DNA of 28,388 nt from a virus (IMGVR_UViG_3300042894_003476:1-28388); one strand, 5' to 3'. Positions 1-7,645 are shown, numbered from the stretch's first letter. Notes: generated by a model not told the origin, from the sequence alone. Numbers and translations: made by a program.

Positions 1-431
1 CCGCCCTCCTTGCCCTTAATTACGTCCCCGAAAGACTGCGACTTGCCATCAGCGGCTAAAGCAAGCTCCGCGATCGCCGCGTTGATCCGGTAGCCCAGGC
101 TGCGGGATCCGCGCAACTCCTCCGCGTCGCGGCGTTCCATTTCCCGCCTGCGCCTCTCAGCCTCCAAGCGGTCAGCCTCGATCTGCTCCCGGCGCTCCAA
201 ATGCTCAATCGACGTCTGTGCGCGGTGTTCGATCTGAGCGAGAGCCTTCGCCGGTCCAACCTTGCGCACGTAGTACCTCACGTACTCGTCAGTTGGAACC
301 CAAACGTGTTCGTACGGCCTGAAATCAGGGTTACTAGGCGAAGGGTTGCGAAACCTCTCGCGGTTGACCCGGAGTTCGTGGGCGTAACGAAGTACGTCCT
401 GAAGCGAAGGCTCTCGTTCGACCGGCGGCAT
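1..431 (-). CDS. hypothetical protein, partial (runs off window)
   Basis: Not in ORF track. ATG at 431, 5 nt after the SSB-like stop. Open frame MPPVEREPSLQDVLRYAHELR... to the window edge, with a charged coiled-coil stretch. Confidence 0.7.
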   Translation of the reverse strand, partial: MPPVEREPSLQDVLRYAHELRVNRERFRNPSPSNPDFRPYEHVWVPTDEYVRYYVRKVGPAKALAQIEHRAQTSIEHLERREQIEADRLEAERRRREMERRDAEELRGSRSLGYRINAAIAELALAADGKSQSFGDVIKGKEG

Positions 432-436
432 AGCGC

Positions 437-868
437 TTAGAACGGAACCCCGTCGTCAGCGCTTGCCCCGCTAGCGTCCCCAACGTCGGGGCCGCCGCCG
501 TTTTCAATGGGAGAGAACGTATCGACGCGAGTCTGAACGTTTGACTCCCAAACCTCGTGCTTGACCGAAACCTGACACTTGCGGCCAATCAGCGTCGAAG
601 GGTCAAGCTGAAACTCGCCCTCCTCCGGCACCGGCACACCAAGCGCCTTCAGCGCGAGACCAACGCGCCAAAGAGCCTTCGGGGTCAGGTACAGGAACTC
701 TCTAAGTCCCCTGCCGTTGTATTCGCCGCCCTGAATCTCTAGATCAAGCTCGATCTGCGGCGTTTGTTTCTTTGAACTGCGCCCTTCCTTCGCGTCAGTT
801 ACGACGACGGTGTAGGTGCCGGGACCAACGAGCGTCGGATCCTCAGCTTCGGAAAGGTCAATCTTCAT
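437..868 (-). CDS. DUF669-like phage single-stranded DNA-binding protein
   Basis: Likely start MKIDLSEAEDP at 868 with SD GAGGGAG. PGTY..V motif, LIGRKCQVSVKHE, acidic tail ending DDGVPF. Follows a Sak4-like ATPase. Confidence 0.75.
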   Translation of the reverse strand: MKIDLSEAEDPTLVGPGTYTVVVTDAKEGRSSKKQTPQIELDLEIQGGEYNGRGLREFLYLTPKALWRVGLALKALGVPVPEEGEFQLDPSTLIGRKCQVSVKHEVWESNVQTRVDTFSPIENGGGPDVGDASGASADDGVPF

Positions 869-1664
869 TGTCTCCCTCGCTTTCCTGGTTAATGAACGGA
901 ACGTCCGAAAGATCAGGGGCCAGCGCCGAGCGGAACACCTGAACCCACTCAGCCATCGGCACGAGATCGCGCCACGCCCCCAAAGCCCCCGAACGGTCCT
1001 TTGCTCTGCGGCCCTTATCCGGGACGATCTGACCAACGAAACGCTGATTGCCGTCGTCGTCGTGAACCGCCGTGTAAGCGCAAACGTCAACCTCTCCAAG
1101 AAGAAGCTCCGCTGCCTTACCCTTCGCGTCGATCTCCGGCCTAACGACCAGCTTCCCGTCGTCTTCGGTGATCTGCTCGTGACAGACCCAAACCGTTGAA
1201 CAACGAAGATCGCGGCCCTCCCGAAACAAGTCTTTTAGGTAGCGGGCAACCTGCCCCCAATCGGCAACCTGCGGGTTCGGGCCACCAATCGCGGTCGCGA
1301 GGCTTTCGCGCAGCTTGCCTACCCCGTCAATGACGAGGGCATCGACGTTGCCGACGAGACAGAAGTCCAGCGCCTCTCGCAGACGCGGGCGAGGATCTTC
1401 GTCGTGACCGATACGCGCTTCCAGGATCTCTACGTTGCGTTCGGCAGCGAGCTTGCGAGCGAAGAACAACGAGTTAGGGCCGTCCATATTGACCCAAACA
1501 ATCCGCCCGCCCTCTGGGGCGATCGTCGCCGCAGCACTCGATTTCCCTGTACCGGCAGGCCCGTACAGGCAGATATTGACCCCCTCCGGGGCCAGTACCG
1601 GCGCTGAATCAACCCACGCGGGCCGCTTCGGCTTCGCGTCCTTGATCGTTGGCGGAACGGTCAC
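858..1664 (-). CDS. AAA_24/Sak4-like P-loop ATPase (ssDNA annealing)
   Basis: Walker A GPAGTGKS, Walker B ALVIDG, DWGQV and VCHE motifs, AKDR near the C-terminus. Adjacent to the SSB-like gene. Confidence 0.8.
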   Translation of the reverse strand: MTVPPTIKDAKPKRPAWVDSAPVLAPEGVNICLYGPAGTGKSSAAATIAPEGGRIVWVNMDGPNSLFFARKLAAERNVEILEARIGHDEDPRPRLREALDFCLVGNVDALVIDGVGKLRESLATAIGGPNPQVADWGQVARYLKDLFREGRDLRCSTVWVCHEQITEDDGKLVVRPEIDAKGKAAELLLGEVDVCAYTAVHDDDGNQRFVGQIVPDKGRRAKDRSGALGAWRDLVPMAEWVQVFRSALAPDLSDVPFINQESEGDNED

Positions 1665-1927
1665 GCCGCCACCCGCAATTCGACCTCGTACGGCTCCATC
1701 ACCCGCGACACAAACTCGTCAAAGTCCGCGTCCGCCTCGTCCGGGCGAAGCTCCGTAATTGCCGAGCAATCATCGAGCCTGCGCCTGATCAAATGAACAA
1801 GACGAAGAACCTCCGTCTCGCGGTCACTAACCGGCTCGCTCTCGTCAAGCGCGGTCCGGGTCAGCATTACGCCCAACTCAGAGATCCTTCTTCCGAGTTC
1901 GGCAACATCGGTCTTTGTATCCAGCAT
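1661..1927 (-). CDS. hypothetical protein (88 aa)
   Basis: ATG at 1927 (MLDTKTD) with strong SD GAGAGGAG. Stop overlaps the ATPase GTG (GTGA). Confidence 0.7.
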   Translation of the reverse strand: MLDTKTDVAELGRRISELGVMLTRTALDESEPVSDRETEVLRLVHLIRRRLDDCSAITELRPDEADADFDEFVSRVMEPYEVELRVAA

Positions 1928-1940
1928 TCCCCCGCTCCTC

Positions 1941-2078
1941 TCAGTCCTTGTCCATACGTCCGTAAACGCGCTCCCCGAAGTAATCGAGAAGCGTCTTTCC
2001 GACCAGCACAACGAGGACGACACCCGCAACCCAGCCGAGCATCACCAAGTACGCCGCGCAGGCGTCAACGACGGTCAC
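1941..2078 (-). CDS. small single-TM membrane protein (45 aa)
   Basis: Not in ORF track. GTGA-coupled to the upstream gene. MTVVDACAAYLVMLGWVAGVVLVVLVGKTLLDYFGERVYGRMDKD. Confidence 0.6.
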   Translation of the reverse strand: MTVVDACAAYLVMLGWVAGVVLVVLVGKTLLDYFGERVYGRMDKD

Positions 2079-2314
2079 GCCGCCTCCGCAACGGCGCTCT
2101 CCAAAAGAGCAACCGAAAGCGCGAGTTCAGCCCGCGCTACATCGAAAAGAATCTGCCTGACCGCAAACGCAACCAGGGCGCTTGTTTGATCGTCGCCGTA
2201 GTGATCGAGAACGCGGTCGGCGGTCTCGATCATTTTCTCCGAGCAGTAGCGGTGACGCTCCACGCGGTAGCCCAGGTCCGTAACCGGCTCAACTTCTTTC
2301 AACTCCCCTAGCAC
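2075..2314 (-). CDS. hypothetical protein, first gene of leftward early operon
   Basis: GTG start with AAAGGGGG SD. Divergent from the repressor. Confidence 0.65.
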   Translation of the reverse strand: MLGELKEVEPVTDLGYRVERHRYCSEKMIETADRVLDHYGDDQTSALVAFAVRQILFDVARAELALSVALLESAVAEAA

Positions 2315-2361
2315 TTCCCGACCCCCTTTCGCAGCGGCTTACCCCTGCTTAGTTCGCGGTA

Positions 2362-2386
2362 TGTTCCCGAAGTCCTCGCGGGAACA
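2362..2386. promoter_or_regulatory. palindromic operator candidate TGTTCCCG-N9-CGGGAACA
   Basis: Perfect 8-bp inverted repeat between the divergent early gene and the repressor. CGCGGGAAC recurs at 2377-2385 and 2419-2427. Confidence 0.5.
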
Positions 2387-2490
2387 GCGCGGTATCTAAG
2401 CACAGCGGTCGGCGGAAACGCGGGAACTACTGCGGAACTTCCGCCAAATGCGGGTTTTTCCGTGATCCAGCGCCGCTATCGTCGCGAGCT

Positions 2491-2871
2491 ATGACGGAGG
2501 AGACAACGCTTCCAGGGCGGCTAAGAGACCTCCTGAACACTCGCGCCGTAGGCAAATCCCAGGCTCAGATTTGCCGCGACACCGGCATTGACCGCCAAAC
2601 GCTCAAACGGCTTCTGGAAGACGAGGACTGGAAGCCGCGTTACGTCACGGTTCAGAAGCTCGCTCGATACTTGAACACGAGCGTTGAGTACCTGCTAACC
2701 GGGCAGGGATCCAAAGACGAAAGCCCGACCAGCGACCTAGACGACCTTCGTCAAAGGGTCGATCAGCTAGAGCGTCAGCTAAACGCTCTGCTCAAAGCGG
2801 ACGGAGAAAAACTACGGGCAGCTATCGACGCGGCAGAGCGCTTGTCTTCTCAAAGTGACGAAGGTGCGTAG
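2491..2871 (+). CDS. XRE-family HTH immunity repressor
   Basis: SQAQICRDTGIDRQTLKRL HTH, KLARYLNTSVEYLLTG signature, C-terminal coiled coil. Divergent from early genes. Confidence 0.85.
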   Translation: MTEETTLPGRLRDLLNTRAVGKSQAQICRDTGIDRQTLKRLLEDEDWKPRYVTVQKLARYLNTSVEYLLTGQGSKDESPTSDLDDLRQRVDQLERQLNALLKADGEKLRAAIDAAERLSSQSDEGA

Positions 2872-2980
2872 CGAGTTGTTCGACGCCGCTTCGTAGCGGG
2901 TCGTCAGCCGGAATCTTCGGCAGGGAACGAGCAAGCAACGTAGCGACAGCGGCAAGCAATTCGGCGGACGAAACGGACAC
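2822..2980 (-). CDS. small hypothetical protein (52 aa) convergent on repressor
   Basis: Not in ORF track. SD GGGAGG 6 nt before GTG. MSVSSAELLAAVATLLARSLPKIPADDPLRSGVEQLATHLRHFEKTSALPRR. Confidence 0.5.
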   Translation of the reverse strand: MSVSSAELLAAVATLLARSLPKIPADDPLRSGVEQLATHLRHFEKTSALPRR

Positions 2981-3094
2981 CTAGAACCTCCCAGGGCAAG
3001 CTTTGAATTAGAAGAAGACGCGCAGCCTTGCCTAACCGCGACGTTGATTCAATACGCAGTTTCGCGAAAAAAGCGCTTTATCAAGCCCCAGGAA

Positions 3095-3231
3095 CGACGA
3101 AAGCCCCCCACCCGTCAGCCCGAAGGCTGATCGAGTGAGGGGCTTCGGGTGCGCGTTGCGTACGAGAGAAAACGCCGCGCACAATGACCGGCGAGAGGAG
3201 CAGGGGAATACTCGCTCTTTGCTGCCGGACA
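3095..3231 (-). ncRNA. putative three-hairpin antisense sRNA
   Basis: Back-to-back hairpins at 3185-3231, 3149-3182 and 3100-3146. The first two carry sequence complementary to RBS regions at 1923-1942 and 3322-3331. The third is terminator-like. No promoter identified. Confidence 0.6.
3100..3146 (-). terminator. intrinsic terminator-like hairpin
   Basis: Minus strand AAGCCCC..TCAGCC-TTCG-GGCTGA..GGGGCTT. cUUCGg tetraloop with only a short U tract. Confidence 0.6.
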
Positions 3232-3275
3232 ACTAGCGACCCAAAACGGGTCTAAACTTTTTGTTTAGGGGGGTA

Positions 3276-3304
3276 TTGACAAACGTCCTATAGACCCCTA
3301 TAGT
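3276..3304 (+). promoter_or_regulatory. near-consensus sigma70/SigA promoter
   Basis: TTGACA (3276-3281), 17-bp spacer, TATAGT (3299-3304). Confidence 0.85.
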
Positions 3305-3342
3305 TCTGTTTGTCGGATCAAACGAGAGAAAGGAACCCGACA

Positions 3343-3636
3343 ATGGACAAGTTCACTAAGGATCCCATCGAAGAGATCACAAGCGACCAGGACAGGCAAG
3401 ACACCCTCTACCTGATCGCAGAGAACGCAATCGGACTCGGCGGCTGGAAGGTAGACCCCGCCGACCCGTTCAAGGCTCCCTACACCCCGCGCAACGCCGC
3501 AGGGGCCGCAGGCCGCCTCTACTCGATCAAGTACGGCCAGCCGTTTGAATACCGCGACGGCGAGCTTGACGCGATCGCGACGATGGTTCAGGAAGCTAAG
3601 GACGCTGACCCCAACAACCCCGACGACTACCGGTAA
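3343..3636 (+). CDS. hypothetical protein (acidic, 97 aa)
   Basis: ATG at 3343 (MDKFTK) with SD GAAAGGA, directly downstream of the consensus promoter. Confidence 0.75.
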   Translation: MDKFTKDPIEEITSDQDRQDTLYLIAENAIGLGGWKVDPADPFKAPYTPRNAAGAAGRLYSIKYGQPFEYRDGELDAIATMVQEAKDADPNNPDDYR

Positions 3637-3650
3637 GGGGGCGATTCCTA

Positions 3651-4112
3651 ATGACCACCAAGACTGATACTTACGAATCGCGGTTCCTAGACGCGATCAA
3701 AAACACCATTCACGACGACCCGATAATTACAAAATGGCATTCGGGCGGCGGGGTAATGGTGCTTGACGTCAAGTTTCCCACCGTCTCGCCCGAAGTGTTC
3801 CTTTGCTTCGGCTTTGGTCCGGGCGTTCCCGCGTCTGCCAAAGAGGCAAAAGCAAACTCAACAGTAAGCGAGTATTGCCTACTTTGGCAGCTCGTCGGAG
3901 CTGACGGGTGGCCGCTTGAAGAAGACGGCGAGGGAGAACACCTCATCGGCTACGTCAACGATCTACTTGCTGACGTAGATACCGACGAAGCTTTCTTTGA
4001 AGCCGAAGTCTTCGGTGGCTGGCTGGCAGCAACGATCAACAAACACCTTCACCCGTTTGGAGAACCGGTCGAAACCGCCGTCGCGGAAGCACAAAGGCGA
4101 AACAATGAGTGA
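3651..4112 (+). CDS. hypothetical protein (acidic, 153 aa)
   Basis: SD AAGGGGG. Operon spacing with neighbours. Confidence 0.7.
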   Translation: MTTKTDTYESRFLDAIKNTIHDDPIITKWHSGGGVMVLDVKFPTVSPEVFLCFGFGPGVPASAKEAKANSTVSEYCLLWQLVGADGWPLEEDGEGEHLIGYVNDLLADVDTDEAFFEAEVFGGWLAATINKHLHPFGEPVETAVAEAQRRNNE

Positions 4113-4293
4113 GCCGCTAAAGCAAGCTGTCAAAGCCAACCGCGAGTACCAACGAGCCGCAAAGCGAAGCAACGAGCTACGCGAAAAACGCAACCAAGCA
4201 ATCAAGGCAGCCGTAAAAGCCGGAGTCAGCGAAGCCGAACTCGCCCGCGCACTCAAACTCAGTCCAGGGCGAATCAACCACCTAACCGACTAA
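4105..4293 (+). CDS. small HTH DNA-binding protein
   Basis: ATG at 4105 overlaps the upstream gene end. RNQAIKAAVKAGVSEAELARALKLSPGRINHL is an HTH typical of actinophage small regulators. Confidence 0.75.
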   Translation: MSEPLKQAVKANREYQRAAKRSNELREKRNQAIKAAVKAGVSEAELARALKLSPGRINHLTD

Positions 4294-4294
4294 C

Positions 4295-4465
4295 TTGCGT
4301 CCCCTCGTAAAACCCATAAGGCCAATCGAGCTTCGGTTAGGGCCACAACAAGCCGAAGCGCTAGCCGAAGCCGCGATTGCCGGAAGCGAAGCGCTCACGC
4401 CCGCCCAACAACGCGCCTTTGCGGAAGCTATGCGCAGGCTTCAAGAAGCCCGCTTCCCGCGCTAA
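4295..4465 (+). CDS. small helical hypothetical protein (56 aa)
   Basis: Not in ORF track. TTG 1 nt after the HTH stop. MRPLVKPIRPIELRLGPQQAEALAEAAIAGSEALTPAQQRAFAEAMRRLQEARFPR. Stop overlaps the RusA stop. Confidence 0.45.
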   Translation: MRPLVKPIRPIELRLGPQQAEALAEAAIAGSEALTPAQQRAFAEAMRRLQEARFPR

Positions 4466-4878
4466 AGCGCGTCGATCTCCTCAACGACGATTTCCACGCG
4501 CTCAGGATCCCCATAACGCTTCGCGGACCCAATCTCCAAGATCCCGCGATCATCGGTAATTACCGACGCGGCCCCAGCCTTCATCTGAAGCAAATCCCCA
4601 ACCGCCCGAAGGTACTTATCCAAGTCCCCCGAACGCGGATAAGTCGGCTTCTGCGGGGCAGCGAAAAAGAAATCAGCCGTGAGCCGGTACGGCGGCTGAA
4701 GCGTCACCCCATCGAACTGAGCCTCGATCTGCTCCAAAGCCGACCGCGACCAAGAAGGCCAACGCTTCGACGCCTCCCGGTTCACGATCTTTCCGTTAGG
4801 CAACCGGTGAGTAACGCGGCTGCCCTTCGGAACAGGCTTGCCCTCGATCGTCAGCGAAACCCTACGGCGCGGACTCAA
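4462..4878 (-). CDS. rusA: RusA-like Holliday junction resolvase
   Basis: GKPVPKGS N-terminus, DLDKYLRAVGDLL and VITDD motifs, KRYG..P.VEI C-terminus. Confidence 0.85.
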   Translation of the reverse strand: MSPRRRVSLTIEGKPVPKGSRVTHRLPNGKIVNREASKRWPSWSRSALEQIEAQFDGVTLQPPYRLTADFFFAAPQKPTYPRSGDLDKYLRAVGDLLQMKAGAASVITDDRGILEIGSAKRYGDPERVEIVVEEIDAL

Positions 4879-5345
4879 AGATCAACGCGCATATATTCCG
4901 AAAGGCTCGCGTACGCCGTGACCGACGCCGCAAGGGCCATCTTCAAAAGCATTATCGCCTTACCCGCGTCCTCGTCGTCGCGGTCAGCGTCGATCATCTG
5001 AAGAAGCGCCATTACGTAAGCCGAAAGATCAACGGCTTCTTCCATCGCCTCAATCGCAAAATTGCGTTGCTTGACGTCCCGCCAGGGCGCGTCCGCGTTG
5101 GTGCGAAGCTCGCGGTACGTGCTAAACGCCTCCGCGATCCCGTCCGGCTCAGTTACGTACTGCGCGTACTGAGCGGCCTCCGCAACCCAACGGCGTTCCT
5201 GATCCAAGTCACGCGCCATTTCGTCCGGCTCGCGAAGCCTGCCGCAACGCCCACAAAGATTCTGTAGACGCGGATTAGCGATAGCAGTCGGAATATGGCC
5301 CGACTGAAGACACTCGTCATACGGTGTCATTGTTGAACTAGTCAT
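4875..5345 (-). CDS. hypothetical protein with N-terminal C..H..CxxC and MazG-like EExxD helix
   Basis: Likely start 5345 (SD AAGGGGG, ATGA overlap). CLQSGH...CGRC and EAMEEAVDLSAY. Confidence 0.55.
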   Translation of the reverse strand: MTSSTMTPYDECLQSGHIPTAIANPRLQNLCGRCGRLREPDEMARDLDQERRWVAEAAQYAQYVTEPDGIAEAFSTYRELRTNADAPWRDVKQRNFAIEAMEEAVDLSAYVMALLQMIDADRDDEDAGKAIMLLKMALAASVTAYASLSEYMRVDL

Positions 5346-5572
5346 ACTTTCCCCCTTATCGGCTCGACAACGAATCCCGGCTCCACTTCCAAACGGGGCC
5401 GGTCCCTCTCTGATTCCTGCTCGATAAACGCCGTAAAAGCCCTGCGGTGTCCGAGACAATGCGGCACCGAAAACAACGCGACCGTTTGCCGTCCCTCGAA
5501 ACGGATCCCGTGAAGGCTTGCGTACCTGTAACCGCAGCTATGAAGCGTGCGAAGAACTGTCAGCCGGTCCAT
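5342..5572 (-). CDS. hypothetical protein (76 aa)
   Basis: Abuts the upstream stop and overlaps the downstream ATG. Confidence 0.55.
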   Translation of the reverse strand: MDRLTVLRTLHSCGYRYASLHGIRFEGRQTVALFSVPHCLGHRRAFTAFIEQESERDRPRLEVEPGFVVEPIRGKV

Positions 5573-6793
5573 TCACGACCAGCGCTTCCCCCGCCAAAGC
5601 AACGCCCCGTCTTGCTCGCTGTCCTTCACGTAGACCGCGAGATCAAGCGAAAACAAGTCGTCCCACACCTGAGCGGTACAGAAGCCTTGCTGCCAATCAG
5701 GGCGGGCAGCGTGCGTAAGGCCATTACGAATCATCGCCAGCGTCCCCGTCTCCGCAGCAACCAGGGTGCGAGGCTCATTGTCGATCGTCCACTCAGTTTT
5801 GTAATGAAGACCGTTGCGGTGCGTATGCCCCTGAATCGTGGACACCCGCATATGGTCAAGCGTCGCCGCAGCCGACGAAGCCGAACCCTTACGAGCAATC
5901 CAGCCGTGAATAGCCTGTAGCTCCGAAGAGACGCGGGCTGCGGCGTGCTGATAACCCCCGGCCTCCGAACGGACGTACTCAACGCGAAGCTCGTCCAAGC
6001 GCAAAAGGAACGCTGGGGAAAGAACGCTCTGCTCGTCCCCTGCCCGGTGAAGCCCGTAAATCGCTCCGAAGCCTTGCCTGAAAATCGCGTCCCTTAGCCG
6101 GTCCTCGTGATTACCGGCCATATAGAAAATCTCGGCGTCAGGGGCGGCCTCACGGTAAGCGCGAAGGATCTCGTACCCGGCGTCGATACATTCCTGAACC
6201 GATCCAGTCCCACCGTCGGGACTTACGTTTTCGGGGTTTGGTTGCCAACGCGACACACTCGCAAAATCAAGCAAGTCACCCAGGCAGTAGATCCGGTCGG
6301 GCTTCTCGTCCCTAAGCCATTGACAGACCAACTCGTGAAGATCGCGGTCGTGATAAGGCGCGTGCTGATCGCTCAGAAACGCAACAAGCTCGCCGTTCTT
6401 GCTCGCCCGCTTGCGAGGCTTCGGAGCCTTCCAGCCATCAGCCCTCGCGGGCATAACAACCGACGCGACCGGCTCCAAATCAACGCGAAGCTGACGCTCG
6501 TCCGCCCACTCATTGACGCGAACCCGCGTGATCAGGAAATCATCAGGGTTCAGGTTGCGGCGCTTCAAAAGCTCGCGAATATCCCCCCACTCGGCGGGAT
6601 CATCACTAGTTACGTTCGCTGAACTAGCCGCCTCACTATTGGCGACGTCCGCAATCTTGATCCCAAACGAACTAGCCCTAGTTTTGATCTGACTTACCGA
6701 ACGCCCGGTCGCCTTAGCCGCAGCCGTCCACGATCCATACCTACGGCCTAGCTCGCGAATCTCGTCGGCGCTCAAAGGAGCGCGATCGCTCAC
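5573..6793 (-). CDS. calcineurin-like metallophosphoesterase with N-terminal HTH
   Basis: SDQH, GDLLD, GNHE, IHG and GHTH motifs. N-terminal SWTAAAKATGRSVSQIK HTH. Confidence 0.85.
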   Translation of the reverse strand: MSDRAPLSADEIRELGRRYGSWTAAAKATGRSVSQIKTRASSFGIKIADVANSEAASSANVTSDDPAEWGDIRELLKRRNLNPDDFLITRVRVNEWADERQLRVDLEPVASVVMPARADGWKAPKPRKRASKNGELVAFLSDQHAPYHDRDLHELVCQWLRDEKPDRIYCLGDLLDFASVSRWQPNPENVSPDGGTGSVQECIDAGYEILRAYREAAPDAEIFYMAGNHEDRLRDAIFRQGFGAIYGLHRAGDEQSVLSPAFLLRLDELRVEYVRSEAGGYQHAAARVSSELQAIHGWIARKGSASSAAATLDHMRVSTIQGHTHRNGLHYKTEWTIDNEPRTLVAAETGTLAMIRNGLTHAARPDWQQGFCTAQVWDDLFSLDLAVYVKDSEQDGALLWRGKRWS

Positions 6794-6948
6794 GGCTTCA
6801 GATACGAAGCGGCGAAAGCAACCAGCACGCCGATAGCGGCCCCGACGTCACCGGGGATCTCAACGCCGACTTGCTGCGCGGCGAAAATGACCACGACGCT
6901 TACCGCCCCAGCAATACCGCCAGCGGCCACTTTAGGAACAGGCTTCAT
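6790..6948 (-). CDS. holin (2 TM, 52 aa)
   Basis: Not in ORF track. SD AGGAGG. MKPVPKVAAGGIAGAVSVVVIFAAQQVGVEIPGDVGAAIGVLVAFAASYLKP. Directly after the endolysin. Confidence 0.75.
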   Translation of the reverse strand: MKPVPKVAAGGIAGAVSVVVIFAAQQVGVEIPGDVGAAIGVLVAFAASYLKP

Positions 6949-6960
6949 ACTTCCCCTCCT

Positions 6961-7572
6961 CTACCGCGTAACGCGGAGATAGTCGTTTACCTGGGACTTA
7001 GGGCGACGCTTCCTGTAGACACCATCGCCACCCGTCGCAGAATCCGAGACCGCGCCCGAAGCACCCGTGTTGCCTTCGATCGTCTCGATAAACGCGCCCT
7101 GATCACGCACGAACATTCCAACGTGATCAAACGTAAACCGCACAAGATCACCGGCAAGCGGCTTCTGAACACGCTTCACACCCACAACGCTTCCAAGAAG
7201 CCGGACGGCAGCCCACGAGCGAGTCACGGCCTTACTCCCGGCCCGCTGATAGCAGTACGCAACAAAGTCTCCGCACCAGGGTTCAGGCCCGGTGCCACCA
7301 TTAGCGCGAATAATCTTCGAGACCATCGGCCCCTGATTGTTGCCGCCAATCTCCATCACACCAACCAACGACTCGGCAACATCGAGCGCACGAAGCCGCA
7401 TCGGCAACGCACGCTTGCGCCAGAAATCAACGCGCTTCTGCGCGTAACGAACCTTGCGGCGCAGATACTCAACGCGCTTCCCGTTATGAGCCTTCTTCGC
7501 ACGAGCGAGAGCGCGACGCCTATACGCAAGCCGCCACTCCCAAACCCGCAGATACCTCTTCGCTTTACTCAC
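6961..7572 (-). CDS. endolysin, CHAP-type amidase/peptidase
   Basis: PWCGDFV (catalytic Cys), DHVGMF (His), TIEGNT. Next to the holin. Confidence 0.85.
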   Translation of the reverse strand: MSKAKRYLRVWEWRLAYRRRALARAKKAHNGKRVEYLRRKVRYAQKRVDFWRKRALPMRLRALDVAESLVGVMEIGGNNQGPMVSKIIRANGGTGPEPWCGDFVAYCYQRAGSKAVTRSWAAVRLLGSVVGVKRVQKPLAGDLVRFTFDHVGMFVRDQGAFIETIEGNTGASGAVSDSATGGDGVYRKRRPKSQVNDYLRVTR

Positions 7573-7645
7573 TAGTTACCCCCGCCGAAAACGGCATCGT
7601 TAAACCCTCCGCACAAAGCGGCCCGACAAACCCATAAAGCGGCGG

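Noticed and set aside
437-1099. Extended ORF-track starts (also 2029, 3310, 3997, 5459, 10687, 10971, 17846, 19604, 27158)
   Set aside because: The extensions overlap neighbouring genes or promoters. Downstream ATGs have SD sequences or stop/start coupling.
3138-3149. Third sRNA target: CCCGAAGCCCCU against the RBS of gene 2314 (AGGGGGUCGGG)
   Set aside because: Only 5+5 bp with an internal loop, and mostly buried in the terminator stem. Too weak to claim.
1923-3212. 20-bp imperfect inverted repeats flanking the repressor region as an invertible DNA switch
   Set aside because: No recombinase in the window. The repeat coincides exactly with an RBS and start codon, and both mismatches are G:U-compatible, which fits RNA pairing better. 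Not fully excluded without read data.
3032-3232. 66-aa minus-strand ORF from the track
   Set aside because: TTG start without SD, runs through three strong hairpins, and composition is not protein-like. Better explained as structured RNA.
5447-7575. Plus-strand ORFs antisense to phosphoesterase, endolysin and other structural genes
   Set aside because: Antisense shadows typical of GC-rich coding DNA; no motifs or SD.
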